Assembly (NCBI RefSeq): GCF_016432865.1
Contig: NC_067399.1
Coordinates: forward strand, 627,254,001-627,318,000
From: Antechinus flavipes
Lineage: Eukaryota
Direction of reading: 5' to 3'
Length of the DNA: 64,000 nucleotides
The translations under genes were made by a program, and so were the position numbers. The notes beneath the pieces were generated by a model. The model was given only the letters and a program-made list of their open reading frames with translations. It had not been told where the DNA came from and searched no databases. How positions within the stretch are numbered: position 1 is the first letter of the stretch; every line of letters begins with the position of its first letter. This document shows positions 25,774-37,676 of this stretch, piece by piece.

Positions 25774-26572
25774 GTAATGCTCTGATGGTTGCAAAGTTTG
25801 TATGAGTGGGCACCCACAGACACAGACATGGTTCTAAAGAAGCTATAACCATTTTCCCTTTTCCAGTCTACTTTAGATTCCCTCTCTGCTTCTCATTCAC
25901 TAAAGAGAAAATAAGACAAATGATTTTTTCTTTCTGGAATTATGATTTTTGGAGGAAGAAGAAAAGTAGAAAAGCTCACCCATAAACATGAGCTGAGCTT
26001 TGAAGGAATCTAAGGATTCAACTGGATAGGAATGAGCAAGGAGTGCATTCTGGGCAAAGGGAAATATCTAGGGCCAGACATATCTGTTTCCTTGCCCAAG
26101 AAACTTCAAGAAGGTGAATAGGATTAATGTGCAGGAAACCTGGCAAAGAAAGCCCGATCCAATTTGTGAAATTTCCTAGAGGTGATAAAGAACCATTAAA
26201 CATTCTTGAGCATGGGGTGACATGGTCATAAAAGATGGTAGAGCCTGGCATAGGGAATAATTTCAATGAATTCTTCATTGTAGTAACATAGCTAAATTCT
26301 CTAACAAAGAATTTTCATGACATCCTAAAACTCAAACTTTATATAATAACAGTAAAGCTGTATTTTATAGTGGTTTAGAATTTATTTTGTCCATATTAAC
26401 TTATTTGATGCTTGCCACAACCCAGTGAGGAGGGTGCTATTATTCTTCCCAAATGATATATAGAAAGAGCATGTTCCCTAGTTTTGGTTCTCTGGTGTTT
26501 ATAATGCATGTGATTCATAGAATGCAATTCCAGAATAATAGAACATTCTTTTTCCTTTTGCTGAACTCTTAG

Positions 26573-26675
26573 GGACCTTGATTTGAAGAAGCCAATTTAT
26601 CAGAAGACAGCATGCTATGGCCATTTTGGAAGAAGTGAATTTCCCTGGGAAATTCCTAAGAAGCTCAAATTTTAA
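26573..26675 (+). CDS. MAT1A: MAT1A exon 9, coding part to the stop codon
   Basis: ctcttag|G GAC CTT...TTT TAA; encodes (R)[33 protein letters not shown]. Confidence 0.97.
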
Positions 26676-27269
26676 TGTTGGCAAGAACCAGTCTCTTGAA
26701 GAGAACACAATAGGATTCCTCATTGCAAGATGGCCCTGGATTTCCATTCCCCTTGACCACTCTATATCCAGATCAGAGAGCTAAACAATACTGACAGACT
26801 ACATATTATCTCTATGGGAATTGGTTCTATTCTTCACCACTGCCCCTAGTTAGTGGCAGCCATGCCCATTTTTAGCATGTTGCCATCAGCAGAAAGCCTG
26901 GAAGAAAATTCGTCTTTCTAGTGTTGCTAGATCAGATCTGTTTGTAAAGCTGATAATGATTTTTCCTTAACTCTTGATTCTGATGTAGGACAATATGATT
27001 TCAAAGAAAAGGCATATATCCAAACTGTGTAGATATGCTAATTTCAGTTTTTATCCCTTTATCACTCAGGGGTCAGTGGTGGTAGTAGGGTTTGGAACCG
27101 GGGAGTTCTAGGACCCAGATTTATTTTTCTTTCAATGGCAATCCTGCATTCTTGGTACATTGGCCTCCTTCACTGGCCATGTGCCAAGACAAGGATTTCC
27201 CAGATGGGTCAATGTTTCAAAAATTGGGCCTTATATTTGTGAGATAATCCTTGCACCAAAAGGTTTCTA

Positions 27270-27480
27270 TCTGGGAGCTCCAAGGGAGTCATTGAATAGA
27301 TTTCAGGGGGTCTGTGAATTTAGCTGGGGAAAAAATCCGGCATCTTAATTTTCACAAACCTCTCACTGAAATAGAAACCATATCCTTTAATGATTTAAAG
27401 CCATTATTCTGAGAAGGGGTTTATGGGCTTCATTCACCAAATACTGCCCAAGGAGCAGTTAAAAACATCTGAATTACACT
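27270..27480. mobile_element. hAT-type MITE inside the putative MAT1A 3' UTR; related copies at ~52970-53150 and ~60700-60790
   Basis: ttcagggggtctgtgaa...attattctgagaaggggtttatgggcttc...cagttaaaaacatctg. Confidence 0.5.
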
Positions 27481-29569
27481 GAAAAGTTCTTGTCTAGGAG
27501 CAAGTGTGATGCAATTAAGAGATACTTGGATTTGAGTCAGAAGTTCTGGATTTAAATCTTAACTTTGCCAGTTAGTATCTCTGTGACCTCAGGCAAAGCA
27601 CTTAACTCCTCTGGGCTTCAGCTCCTGTAAATTCCAGTTCCAAATCTATGATTGTAGGAGCCTAAGTGCCATGTCTAATCCATTTCAGGGTCATGTTCTG
27701 AAGTCTCGGGGTCCTTCCTGGTCCCCCTCTTGGTGCTCTGGGTCTGTTTTCTGTCAAGGAACAGACTTCATAGAGAAAACAGGTTTTTAATGGCACTCTA
27801 GCTCAGTGCCTTTTACATAGTAGGAGCTTCCCAAGTGTTTATCAAATTGGACAGTAAGAGGAACTTACTAGAAATATGTTTGCATCTGCCTGGAGAAAGG
27901 ACTGGTGCTTCCTGGCTTATGGGTAATCAATGATCTTTATGATTCAATGTTAAAGAGACAAGGCCAGAAAGAGAAGCTAAAGAAGTATTTACTTCTGTCT
28001 CAGGAATATTTCATACAAATCACACGAAGTGTTACCTGGCAAGAATACCCTAAAGGTTCTAGCAAGAATACCCTACAGGTTGTTCTTGGAGGGAATGAAG
28101 GATAAGAACTAGTGAGAAGCTAGAAAGACTAAAGCATCATCTAAAAAACTAAGAGGAAACCCAACTAATCAAGAAATCCACCAGATCAGAATGTGTCATT
28201 CAAGGGCTAGCACCAGAGCTCAATTTTCCATAGAGCTGCTGCTGTTAGGAAGATAAATCTTTAAAACTCATTTTAAAGAGACTTGTGTTCCCTGAAGAGG
28301 AAATATCAATGAAGCAAATTCTTTACTAAAAAATACACAGCTATTAGGTACATACGTATTTTTCATGTGAAGGACTGAAGTCCTAAACTCTGATTGTACT
28401 TTCATCTTCTTACCTGGTACTTTCTAAGATACATTGGAGAAATGATATTTTTTAATTAAATGAATATAGTTTACCATAAAACCATAGCTAATAGACAGGC
28501 CCATTGTAAAGGTCAAGCTGATTTTTTGAATGTAAAACACTAAGCTACAGGAAGTAGCAGATGTAATATACCTCAGATCTTACTCCCCACCTTTTTCTAT
28601 CTGAAAGGAAGGTGAAAAATAACTCAGCCACTGAAGAAACTTCTCATATCAGCCAAGGATACTATGATGAATGAGAATAGTCTATCATCTCCAAACTTAA
28701 TTCCCTGTTCCTTTAAGTCAAGTCAAATTTCTTTCCCTGATACTCCATTGCCCTTGCAGCTGTGGACTCACCTGCTTTTCATTAATTACTTATCTGCCTA
28801 GGAAACTAAAAAAATTCCAGCATCATTTTGTCATTGATCACCAATAATGTTCTGTCTTAAATTTTTCCTCACATCTTAATCATTGATACACTTAAAAATT
28901 TTTTTGGCTCCAAAGGAATAGCTGGGATAAGACTTTTTTCAGATGGATAATTTTCAAGTATTTGTCAAAGATGTTAGTGTTATGCAACCTCCACAAGACA
29001 AGCCACCTGTCTCCTCTGATCATTGCCAGCAGAAAATGCAATTTTTCTTCACATTAATGAAAGAGTTCTGATAGGTGAAGTTTTAAGGACAAAGAGGTCC
29101 ACTAACTAATGGAAAAGCATCTTTGTTCTTGTTCTATGACACCAGCTGTACTTATTGTTGTTATTTTTTTCCCCCACATCCATGGCAATATGTTTTCTGA
29201 TCACAGAAAGAATATTTATCTCCTCAAGCCAAAATGAGATACAGAAATGTCCTGCTATAATTTAATTATATTTTACCCCAAAGTCCCTCTGCTTCTAACA
29301 GCACCTTACACTTAGAGCCAGATTTGGCCTTGGCCAGGCTTTACTGGTTAAGTGCCAAAGGAGTAATTGACCTGATTTTTGTTGACTTTTCCTTTTCAGA
29401 AATATAAAGAGCAAGCTGATTTCTGAGCCTATTAGCAATTCATTGATTTTCTACTTCTTCCCCCTCATCAAAGATTTTTCTTTCTTTCTTTCTTTTTTTT
29501 AAGGAAAGGTATTTGTATGAAGCTAACTTCTTTCCTTCTTAATATTCAACTCCTGCTAGTTCTGTATAT

Positions 29570-29579
29570 AATAAATAAA
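29570..29579 (+). terminator. Candidate polyadenylation signal (two overlapping AATAAA)
   Basis: AATAAATAAA followed within ~40 nt by a GT/T-rich stretch (gtcttgggctcggtctttgctatttttc). Confidence 0.55.
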
Positions 29580-30141
29580 ATTTCAAACAGTATTAGTCTT
29601 GGGCTCGGTCTTTGCTATTTTTCAAAGTCTTCCAAAATAAGAGATGGGAAAAGCAGAATAATAAGCAAGGGTGTACTTTGAAATGGAAACAGAGGGACAG
29701 ACTTCTGGATACCTAAAATTTTCTCTGCACTCTACCATGTGTATTCTACTTTCCCCCAACTTTTACAGATCATAATGGTTAATTCTATAATACTGCAAAA
29801 GGCACTAAACCAAATTTAAATCCAAATGTACAAGGAAATCCATCATGATATCATTATATTCAGATTGGTTATTCAGTATTCACTGCTTAAAGGAATTGAA
29901 GATTTGAGAGAATGTGCAAAAGAGAATAAGTGAACTTGTTGAGCTACTAATTCTTCGTTGCTTTTTATTCAGTTTTAACTTTAATGTTAAAAAATACAAG
30001 TAAATACATATGACTTCTTATGTTTCCTAATACTGTTTCATAGTAGATTTTTGTATTCCTTCCCCCCAAAAGATTTGTATTTGTTTATAATATGGATGAA
30101 TATATATTTATATATACATATACACACATATATACATATAT

Positions 30142-30674
30142 GGGATGTATGAGTATTTAAGGAGAACCAGCACCTTTGATATGAGGGCTTGCTGAGCCTT
30201 TTCAGAACTCCTTATCCACCTGGCCCTCAACTCTCACTGTAGGTCCAGAGAGCTGTAGCATGCAGCAATCACACCCTGGTAAACCACCTCAGCAGATGGC
30301 CTAAACCAGGCTGGGGTAACAAATAGGCCTCAACCCTGTCAGTGTGTAGGGAGATATCTACCCCAACACTTCTCCTGGTAGAAGGGACAGATGAAAACAA
30401 TTTGTTTCAATGGCTATTAAGGCTACTGAAGCAGGCAGACACAATGGAGCACTTAGAGCTTGGTCAGAAGGTTGAAGGCACCAAGTTCATCTGCTATATC
30501 CCGAGTCATTGTCAGTTGTCCTGAATTTTGTTCTGCCATTGGACTGGAATGACTTTGGAAGAAAGAACAAGGCTGACCACTTTGTGCAATTCTTCTTCAC
30601 TCAAATCTGATTTACACATGAATCAAACATTACCCTATACATTAGTCCCCCTTGAAAATAGGACAAACAACAAC
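30142..30674 (+). mobile_element. Near full-length RTE-derived non-autonomous retroelement (~530 bp)
   Basis: 5' gggatgtatgagtatttaaggagaaccagcacc...gagggcttgctgagcc and 3' ggacaaacaacaac tail; no ORF. Confidence 0.75.
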
Positions 30675-30677
<3 letters not shown>

Positions 30678-30712
<35 letters not shown>

Positions 30713-30960
30713 CTCCACACAAATTTTGGGGGGATCCTCTATAAACTTAAAAGAATTTTAAAAAATCATAAATTTTTCTTTCCTCCTCTACTTCCTTTTC
30801 TTGTCCTTTCTCTCCTTTATTTCCCCCTCTTCCTTCTCCTCTCCTCTTTCCTTCTTCATCTTTCTTCCTTGTTCTTCCTTCATCCTCTCTATCTTTCTTC
30901 CTTGTTCTTCTCATTTTCTTTTCTCCTCTCCTTTCCTCTCTTTCCTCCTTGTTCTCCAGC
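30678..30960. repeat. (TG)n microsatellite followed by a ~180-bp polypyrimidine tract
   Basis: TG run at 30678-30710; C/T-dominated tract at 30775-30957. Confidence 0.9.
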
Positions 30961-31584
30961 TCCAAGAATATACTATTTGTTTGTGCAAGTTCACCAACAT
31001 AGATCACAATCCCACTTTGTTGCAGTAGATACTCTGTGAATTAGTGCACCTGAAATACCTCATCACTTTATGGCCAGCCTTGTGTTGACATGAACCTGTG
31101 CACTTAGCTTGGCAGCTGCTTCGTTTTCTAGATTGATATTTGGCAGACTTGTACTTGAAGTTCTTTGAACTTGAAGGAACTACCAAGCCAGGTGCTCTCA
31201 TAGCCTTCAAAAATGCAGGGCCTTCTGCAGAGCATGATGAAGAGTGGTCTGGTGTGAACATACAGAGACATGTACAACCTGTTCCTCCAGAAGGTCTAAT
31301 GTCTCCTTCTACAGAACGAGTCATGAGAATCTCCCTACCTCCTTTTCTACTGGGATGAAGGTCCCTTGATGAGAAAATTGCTAAATATTTTTCAGGTCCC
31401 TTAGATACCATTTCAGTATTTCTTGGTGCTCAGCTCAGTATGTTATATGATAAGGTTTTAAGGAATCATTTTGAAGATATTTTGAGGGAGACTTTCTATT
31501 TAGAAAGGGAGATAGTAACCTTGAATAACTTCTTAAATTTGTGATTCCAGGAATGGACCTATTCTTTGTTCTAGGAACAAGGCC

Positions 31585-31993
31585 CTAAGATTGGGGCTTA
31601 GTTCTTTTATTCTTGTTTATAGAAATATCACTTAAAATTAAAACCCACCTTTTTTCAATTTTGCCATATGCTTGAGCTGCTATCTCTTCCCTTTCCTTTA
31701 TTAATCACCTTCTTGAAAGAATAATTTAAATTTATCATTTCCATTGCTTCAACATCCTCCCAATTATATATTAAAAGCTCTCTGTTTAATGTTCTAAGGT
31801 TGGGGCCTAGTTCTTATACTCCTGACTATAGACATATCACCTAAAATAAAACCTTTCTCAATTTTGTCATATGCTTGAGTTGCTATCTCTTTTCTTTCCT
31901 TGTTTATTAATCACCTTCTTGAAAGAATACATTTATTCTTTCCATTGTTTCAGCACCCTCCCAATTATATATTGAAAGCTCTCTGTTTAATGT
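31585..31993. repeat. Two-unit tandem duplication (~205 bp) containing L2-like sequence
   Basis: Units at 31585-31793 and 31794-31993 both run ctaag.ttgggg...gctctctgtttaatgt. Confidence 0.9.
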
Positions 31994-34954
31994 CATCAGT
32001 GGCTTCATTAGCTGCCAGATGCAATGGCAATCCTTCCTCATTTTCATTTAACAAAAGTTTATTAAGTGAGAGAGTCAAGATGTACATGGAGTGTTAGCCT
32101 CTGAGGAACAAAGACCTGGATTCAGGTTTTACCTCTAACATAAACTGCTTCAAAAATGAAGGCTGTTTAAGTCTCAGTGACAGTGCCAACCTGTACTGAG
32201 GATAGTTATAGTGAGGTTAATGTGGACAATAATTGCTATTCAGTCTATACGTGCAATGGATGAGTAGGCTAGGATCTTTCGTAGGTGGGTCTGATTGAGT
32301 CCTCCTCAGCCTCCTAGGATGGTAGATAAGATTGCAAGAGTGATGAGGATTTTTATATTTTAGGCATGGGGCAATTTGGAAGAGGATGGATGTAGGGGCA
32401 ATTTTTTGTCATGTTAGAAGGATCATTTCTGTTAGGAGTGGAATTCCTTGTGTTAGGAATTTTCTCATCTAATATCCCTGTTTCATAAAATCATTTGTCC
32501 AGTCCCCAACTTTATCTCTACCCTTACTATTTTGTCAGGGGCTGAGGGTACAAATATAAAAAGGCAAGAGCAAAGGAGAGCCAGGCACATATGTAAATAA
32601 ATAAGAAAATTCAAAGTAAATATGAAGGGTTTTGAAGGTAGAGAGCACCATCAACTAAAGGGAATGAGGGAAGAACTTGCGTGGGAAGTGGCACATGAGT
32701 AGAATGATGCGAGAGTATTTCAGGCACAGGGGACCTCAGATGCATAGTCAGGAAATGGAATGTTGTGGGGAATAGTAACTGGGACAATCTGGCTAGAATG
32801 TGGCTACATAAAGACAATGTGGATTAAGTCTGGAAAGAGAAACTGGATCCAGAATGAATGAAAGGCTTTACATAACAAAGCACAGTTTTTTGTTTTTTGT
32901 TTTTTTTCTTATTCTAAGGGGATTAAGAAGGTAATAAAATTTCTTTAACAAGAGAGTTTCATGGTGAGATCTATGATTTAAGAGTAATACTTTGGAAGTT
33001 TTATGGAGCAGAAGTATCTAGTTCTCAGTGTGCAAACAATGATTAAAATGTAACTGGGTAATGTTTAACAAAATAAATATAGGTACAATGTAGATAATGT
33101 TAATTTGTGGTTTTCTAAGTCAATATGGTCTGGAAGATAGATTTGAGAAGAGTCAGGTTTGAAGTTTTTTGTGGTAGTTCAGTCATTTCAGTCATGTCCT
33201 GTTGTTTGTGACTCTATTTGGGGTTTTCTTGGCAAAAAAAAATATTAGGGTGATTTATCACTTCCTTTTCTAACTTCTATTACAGATAAGGAAACTGAAG
33301 CAAATAGATTCTAGTGACTTGCCCAGGTCTCACAGCTAGTAAGTATATGAGCCAGATATGAAATAAGAGAGATGAGTTTTCCCTGATTCCAGGGCTAGAA
33401 ATCCACCCACTGACCTGCCTAGCTGTCACAGATTGGAGTAGCAAGACTAATTAGAAAAGCCTTTTTTTTTTAATTAATAATCTAGGGAAAAGACGATGAA
33501 GGGCTGAGTGGTAGAATGGTACCCAGATGAGCCTGAGTTCATATTTGTGTTCAAATTCCACACCATAAGCTTAATAGCTGACTGATCCTGGGCAACTTCT
33601 TGGACTTCAGTGTCCTCATCTGTAAAATGAGGATAACAATAATAACCCTGTTCAACTGGGCTTTTGGGAGGATCCAATTAATACATCTCTGAGTGCTAGC
33701 TATCTGGACTAGCATACACACAGTGGTCATTACATATTGAACTGAAGTGTTGGTGAATTAACCCAATGAGAATGATTCATCTGGACTGAATGCAGCATTC
33801 AACTGTGTCATTGTAAGAATGAATATGTGGATGGGAATGCGAATAAGAAGCAACAACTGGGAAGAATTGTTTCTGAGAAGTTTTTTAAAGAAGGTCTAGA
33901 GGGGGATATTCTGGGAAGGTGGAAGAATAGGTCAGAAATTTCCAGGCTCTCCAAATTTCCTCCACAAATGAATAGAAAGTTGTTATCATGTGAGTGGGAT
34001 GAGAGAAGATTAAGGAACGTGGTCCTGTGGTTAGTAGGTCAGTGCTTAGTTTACTCAGGGCTCCTGGAAATAAGGCAGATATCTTATTACTTGTTCTAGC
34101 ATCTTATTACATGTTTTAAGGTTGCCCCCACCTCCTTTAGACTTAAATTCTTTGAGCATAGGAAAGAAGGTCAAATTCTGCCTTAGTCACTTGCTAACTG
34201 AGAGATTCTAAGTCATTTATATTTCCTTATTTGTAAAAATGAAATCTTTAATTCCTAGGATTGTCCTGAGGATCAAATGAGATAACACATATAAAGCACT
34301 TAGCAAATCTTAAAGTATTATATTAGTGGCATTTTAATCTCTGTAACTCCAGCCCTATTATAATGCCTTCCACATAATAAGCACTTGTATTTTAGATCAT
34401 TCAATCTCTGAGGGTCCACTGGCGAATACAATCCTAGAAGAGGCCTTCTAAGAGAAAGGGAAAAGGAAAGCTAAGTTATAAAAAGAATAACAACAGAATA
34501 CTTATTAAGTATCTACCATGTGCAAGACACTCAATGTGTTGGGCAGTCCAAGACAAAGAACAAAACATCTCTTGACCTCAAGGAGTTTAAATTGTAGTGG
34601 GATGGAGTAGGGAATATCATATACCCAGATAAGGAAATATCAGGTTAAATGGAGGGAAGAGGAAGAGAAGAGAACATTAACATGTGAGGTTCCAGAGTTG
34701 AGGATGGAAGAAAAATAAGGATGTAGAGAAGTGAAAAGGAAGCAGTACATTTGGTGCCCATGGGTTACATTGGTAACTGTAGGTGTCTTTGTTGGCTAAT
34801 TGAAAAGTGTGACTATAGTGGTGAGCACTTGGTGGCAGAGTAGGCCAGTAAGTAAGATAGTTTGGTATAGGCAAAGCTTTGTGCTCACCTTAAATCACAA
34901 GAAAGAGGGGGCCACATCTGCATAGGGCCCTGATATGACTGAGGGACATGGTAT

Positions 34955-35746
34955 AATTTCTGGACCACATAAAGACAATATGTGAAAAATTATCTGCATC
35001 TTTGTTTAAGTTTTAGTGTAGTCTATGATTCCTGTTTTGTTTAGATCTTCTTGCTGCAGTGATGTTATTGAAGAGAATGAGATATTTGATTTTGATCCAT
35101 TTTTTAAAGATTTGTATTTCTGTCCCATAAATTTGCAGTCAACATGGTATATATGGCATGCATGAATGTCTGAAAAATTGTGATTTTTTAAGGTTTCCTT
35201 ATTTTTTTTGAAGTTTCATAATCTTTCAACATAAAAGAAATCCTAGGCACTTCATTTATCTGACAGATAGTCTCCATATATAGATAGCAGTAGCCATTTT
35301 AAGGATTTAGAAGACAAGTTGATCAGATTCCTTTGCTGAGTTACTTGAAATTAGGGGAGTCATCTATCTCCTAGACTTTCTATCTTTTGATTTTTCAACA
35401 TAGATTTTTAGTTCTTTATTTACCCCCACTCCCATATAGTCCTTTTTGCCTTCTATTCTTCCTCCTAGCACATATCTATTCTTTCCATTATTTGATTTAT
35501 CTACAAACCTAAGAACATATTGGTGTATATAGTTGACTTTCTCTAGCTCTTTGCTCCTTCTTGGAATTTACAATTTTTTGGGACAGAAGTACAAATCTTT
35601 AAAAAATGGACAAAATAAAATATTCTCTTCAATAACATTGCTGCAGCAAGAAGACTTAAACAAAACAGGAATCATAGATTACACTAAAAGTTAAACAAAG
35701 ATGCAGATAATTTTTCCCATATTGTTTTTATGTGGTCCAGAATTTA
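34955..35746. repeat. Long inverted repeat: ~180-bp arms, 435-bp spacer
   Basis: 34955-35135 is the reverse complement of 35571-35746; I count 13 substitutions and 2 indels. Confidence 0.95.
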
Positions 35747-37676
35747 CAGTGGACCTGATGGGAATTAATATGTAACTGCTAAAGTTAGTAACTTGACCTC
35801 CTCATTCTCTGTCTTGGATCTTTGGGATGTACAGTGAGAAAAATGGCAGTTCTGCATACATAATTCAGAACATAAAAAAGAGATCAATAACAAAATAAAC
35901 AAGAGATGGCAAAGTACCAAAATGGTAACCACAGGCACAATCCTAATAAAGGATTGTAAACAGCATATAAAAGTTAGGAGAACTAGGACTTCTGACCTGT
36001 GTTGAGGCTGGATTTCTGTGTTACAGTTACAGAGCAGTATTATGATAAATCAAGTTAGAACAAGAAAGCTAAACATCTTTTCATGGAAAATGTTTCATGG
36101 AAGTGTGGGTCTTACTAATTGGAGTACAGAATAAATCCTTATTTGTTGCAACCATGCTATTGTGCTGTTCTGCAATGTATGTGTATGTATGTATTTCAGA
36201 AGAAGACTTATATCAGACTTTTGCTGGAAACTGCTTGAGGTTGAAGGTCCAAAAGGCACTGGAGGGCTAGATGATTATGTTGTACCCAAACTGTAACACT
36301 TCGACTTCTTTGAGGCATACCTTTGGGTCAGAGATTATAAATTTCCAGCAGTCATCATCCCGTTACTGGAATAATTTTGGAAGGCTAAGTATCTGGAAGT
36401 ACCCTCAAACTTTTGTTGACATTACTGGAAAGTGAAGGTCAATGCTAGACCTGTGGTCAGCCAGGAAATGAAAGCTCTCATTCCCCATGAAGTTGTGTAG
36501 AGACCTTGAATATAATCTCAGGGCCCTTTCCCCTCAACTAATATTTGCTTCTACCTAGCCTACTTTGAGCAGGAAGGTTATGTTTACAGAGTTCAACTCT
36601 TTTGAAAGAGGTACTGTGGAGATAAAGAGAGAACAATGAATTCTTAAATCTTTCAGTAAATTCCAGTCTGCCCTCCTTTTTATTTTAGCTGAGGGGAGTT
36701 CTGAATGCTGTGTCCTAAAAGTGACGATGTCCCCCAGACAGAAGAGCTTCTATTTTAGTATCAGAAAAAGAGATTCCTCTCACTTTTTGCAGGATTTTCA
36801 CAATTTAAAGAGGAAAGTTATTACAAGTTTAAGATGAATCAAGCCTAAAGACATTTGCATGCATAGTAAAACCACATCCCTTGGGATAGATCACATGAAA
36901 CATCTGGATTCTGACACTGAAAGGTAAAGAGAAGGGGATGCTTGCCACCCCAACATATTTCTTTCTCCAAGCTCAGATAATTTCTTGCTACAAATTTTAG
37001 GAGTCACAAATGAGAGCTGAATGCCAGGAGCAGCCTTGAAAAGAGTCTGGCAAGCCCTTATACCTGAGGTGCTAGTCCTTCTTGAACACCCACACACCCT
37101 TTATTTGATACTAGAACAAGCTCTAAAGAAACTTTTATTCCTCTCTAATCCTTTTGCAGCAAAATAGTTTGGGGTTGTGAAGATAGTAATTTATAGTTGT
37201 TTATTCTAATCTGCAGTGACATTTTAAAGTTTATTTGTGAATCAGATGATCCGGGAAATAATATATCATTGAAGAGGCAATGAGGAACTTATAACTAAAG
37301 CAAGTTTTTAGTCATAAGTTATTTTGGCCACTAGAGGGTAGAAGAGACTGAATTTTCATACAGGGGCAAAGTATTTGATCAGGATTTTTCCACTACTGAA
37401 AAGAATTCCCCTTTCCCCACCTACTTCTCTCCCAATCTCTGGGCTGTAGGAAGAAGTATATGGAAACACTAAGCTATAATAGATAGAGACTTGGAGTCAA
37501 GAAATGAGGATAATAATTCCCATAGTACATACCTCACAGGGTAATGTTGTGAAGTGTATATTACTATGTAAAATATTTTGAAAACTTTAAAGCACTATAT
37601 AAATGTCAGTTATTATATATTTAATTTCTTCAACTAATTTGCCAATTAATATTCCCAGTGAAGGAAGAAGAAAAAT

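Larger units (their letters stand above)
26676..29600 (+). other. MAT1A: Probable MAT1A 3' UTR (~2.9 kb)
   Basis: Runs from the stop codon to the first canonical AATAAA I found; the end point is inferred, not observed. Confidence 0.5.

Noticed and set aside
28943-29074. Exon-shaped segment (ttttttcag|MDNFQVFVKDVS...|gtgaag)
   Set aside because: Contains stops before the donor, lies within the presumed MAT1A 3' UTR and has no recognisable homology.
31004-31411. 135-aa minus-strand ORF
   Set aside because: No recognisable domain; more simply the antisense shadow of the + frame remnant reported at 30960-31544.
33827-34099. Open stretch of ~108 codons with a T|gtgagt donor at 33989
   Set aside because: No good acceptor, phases do not chain with neighbouring candidates, and no recognisable homology.
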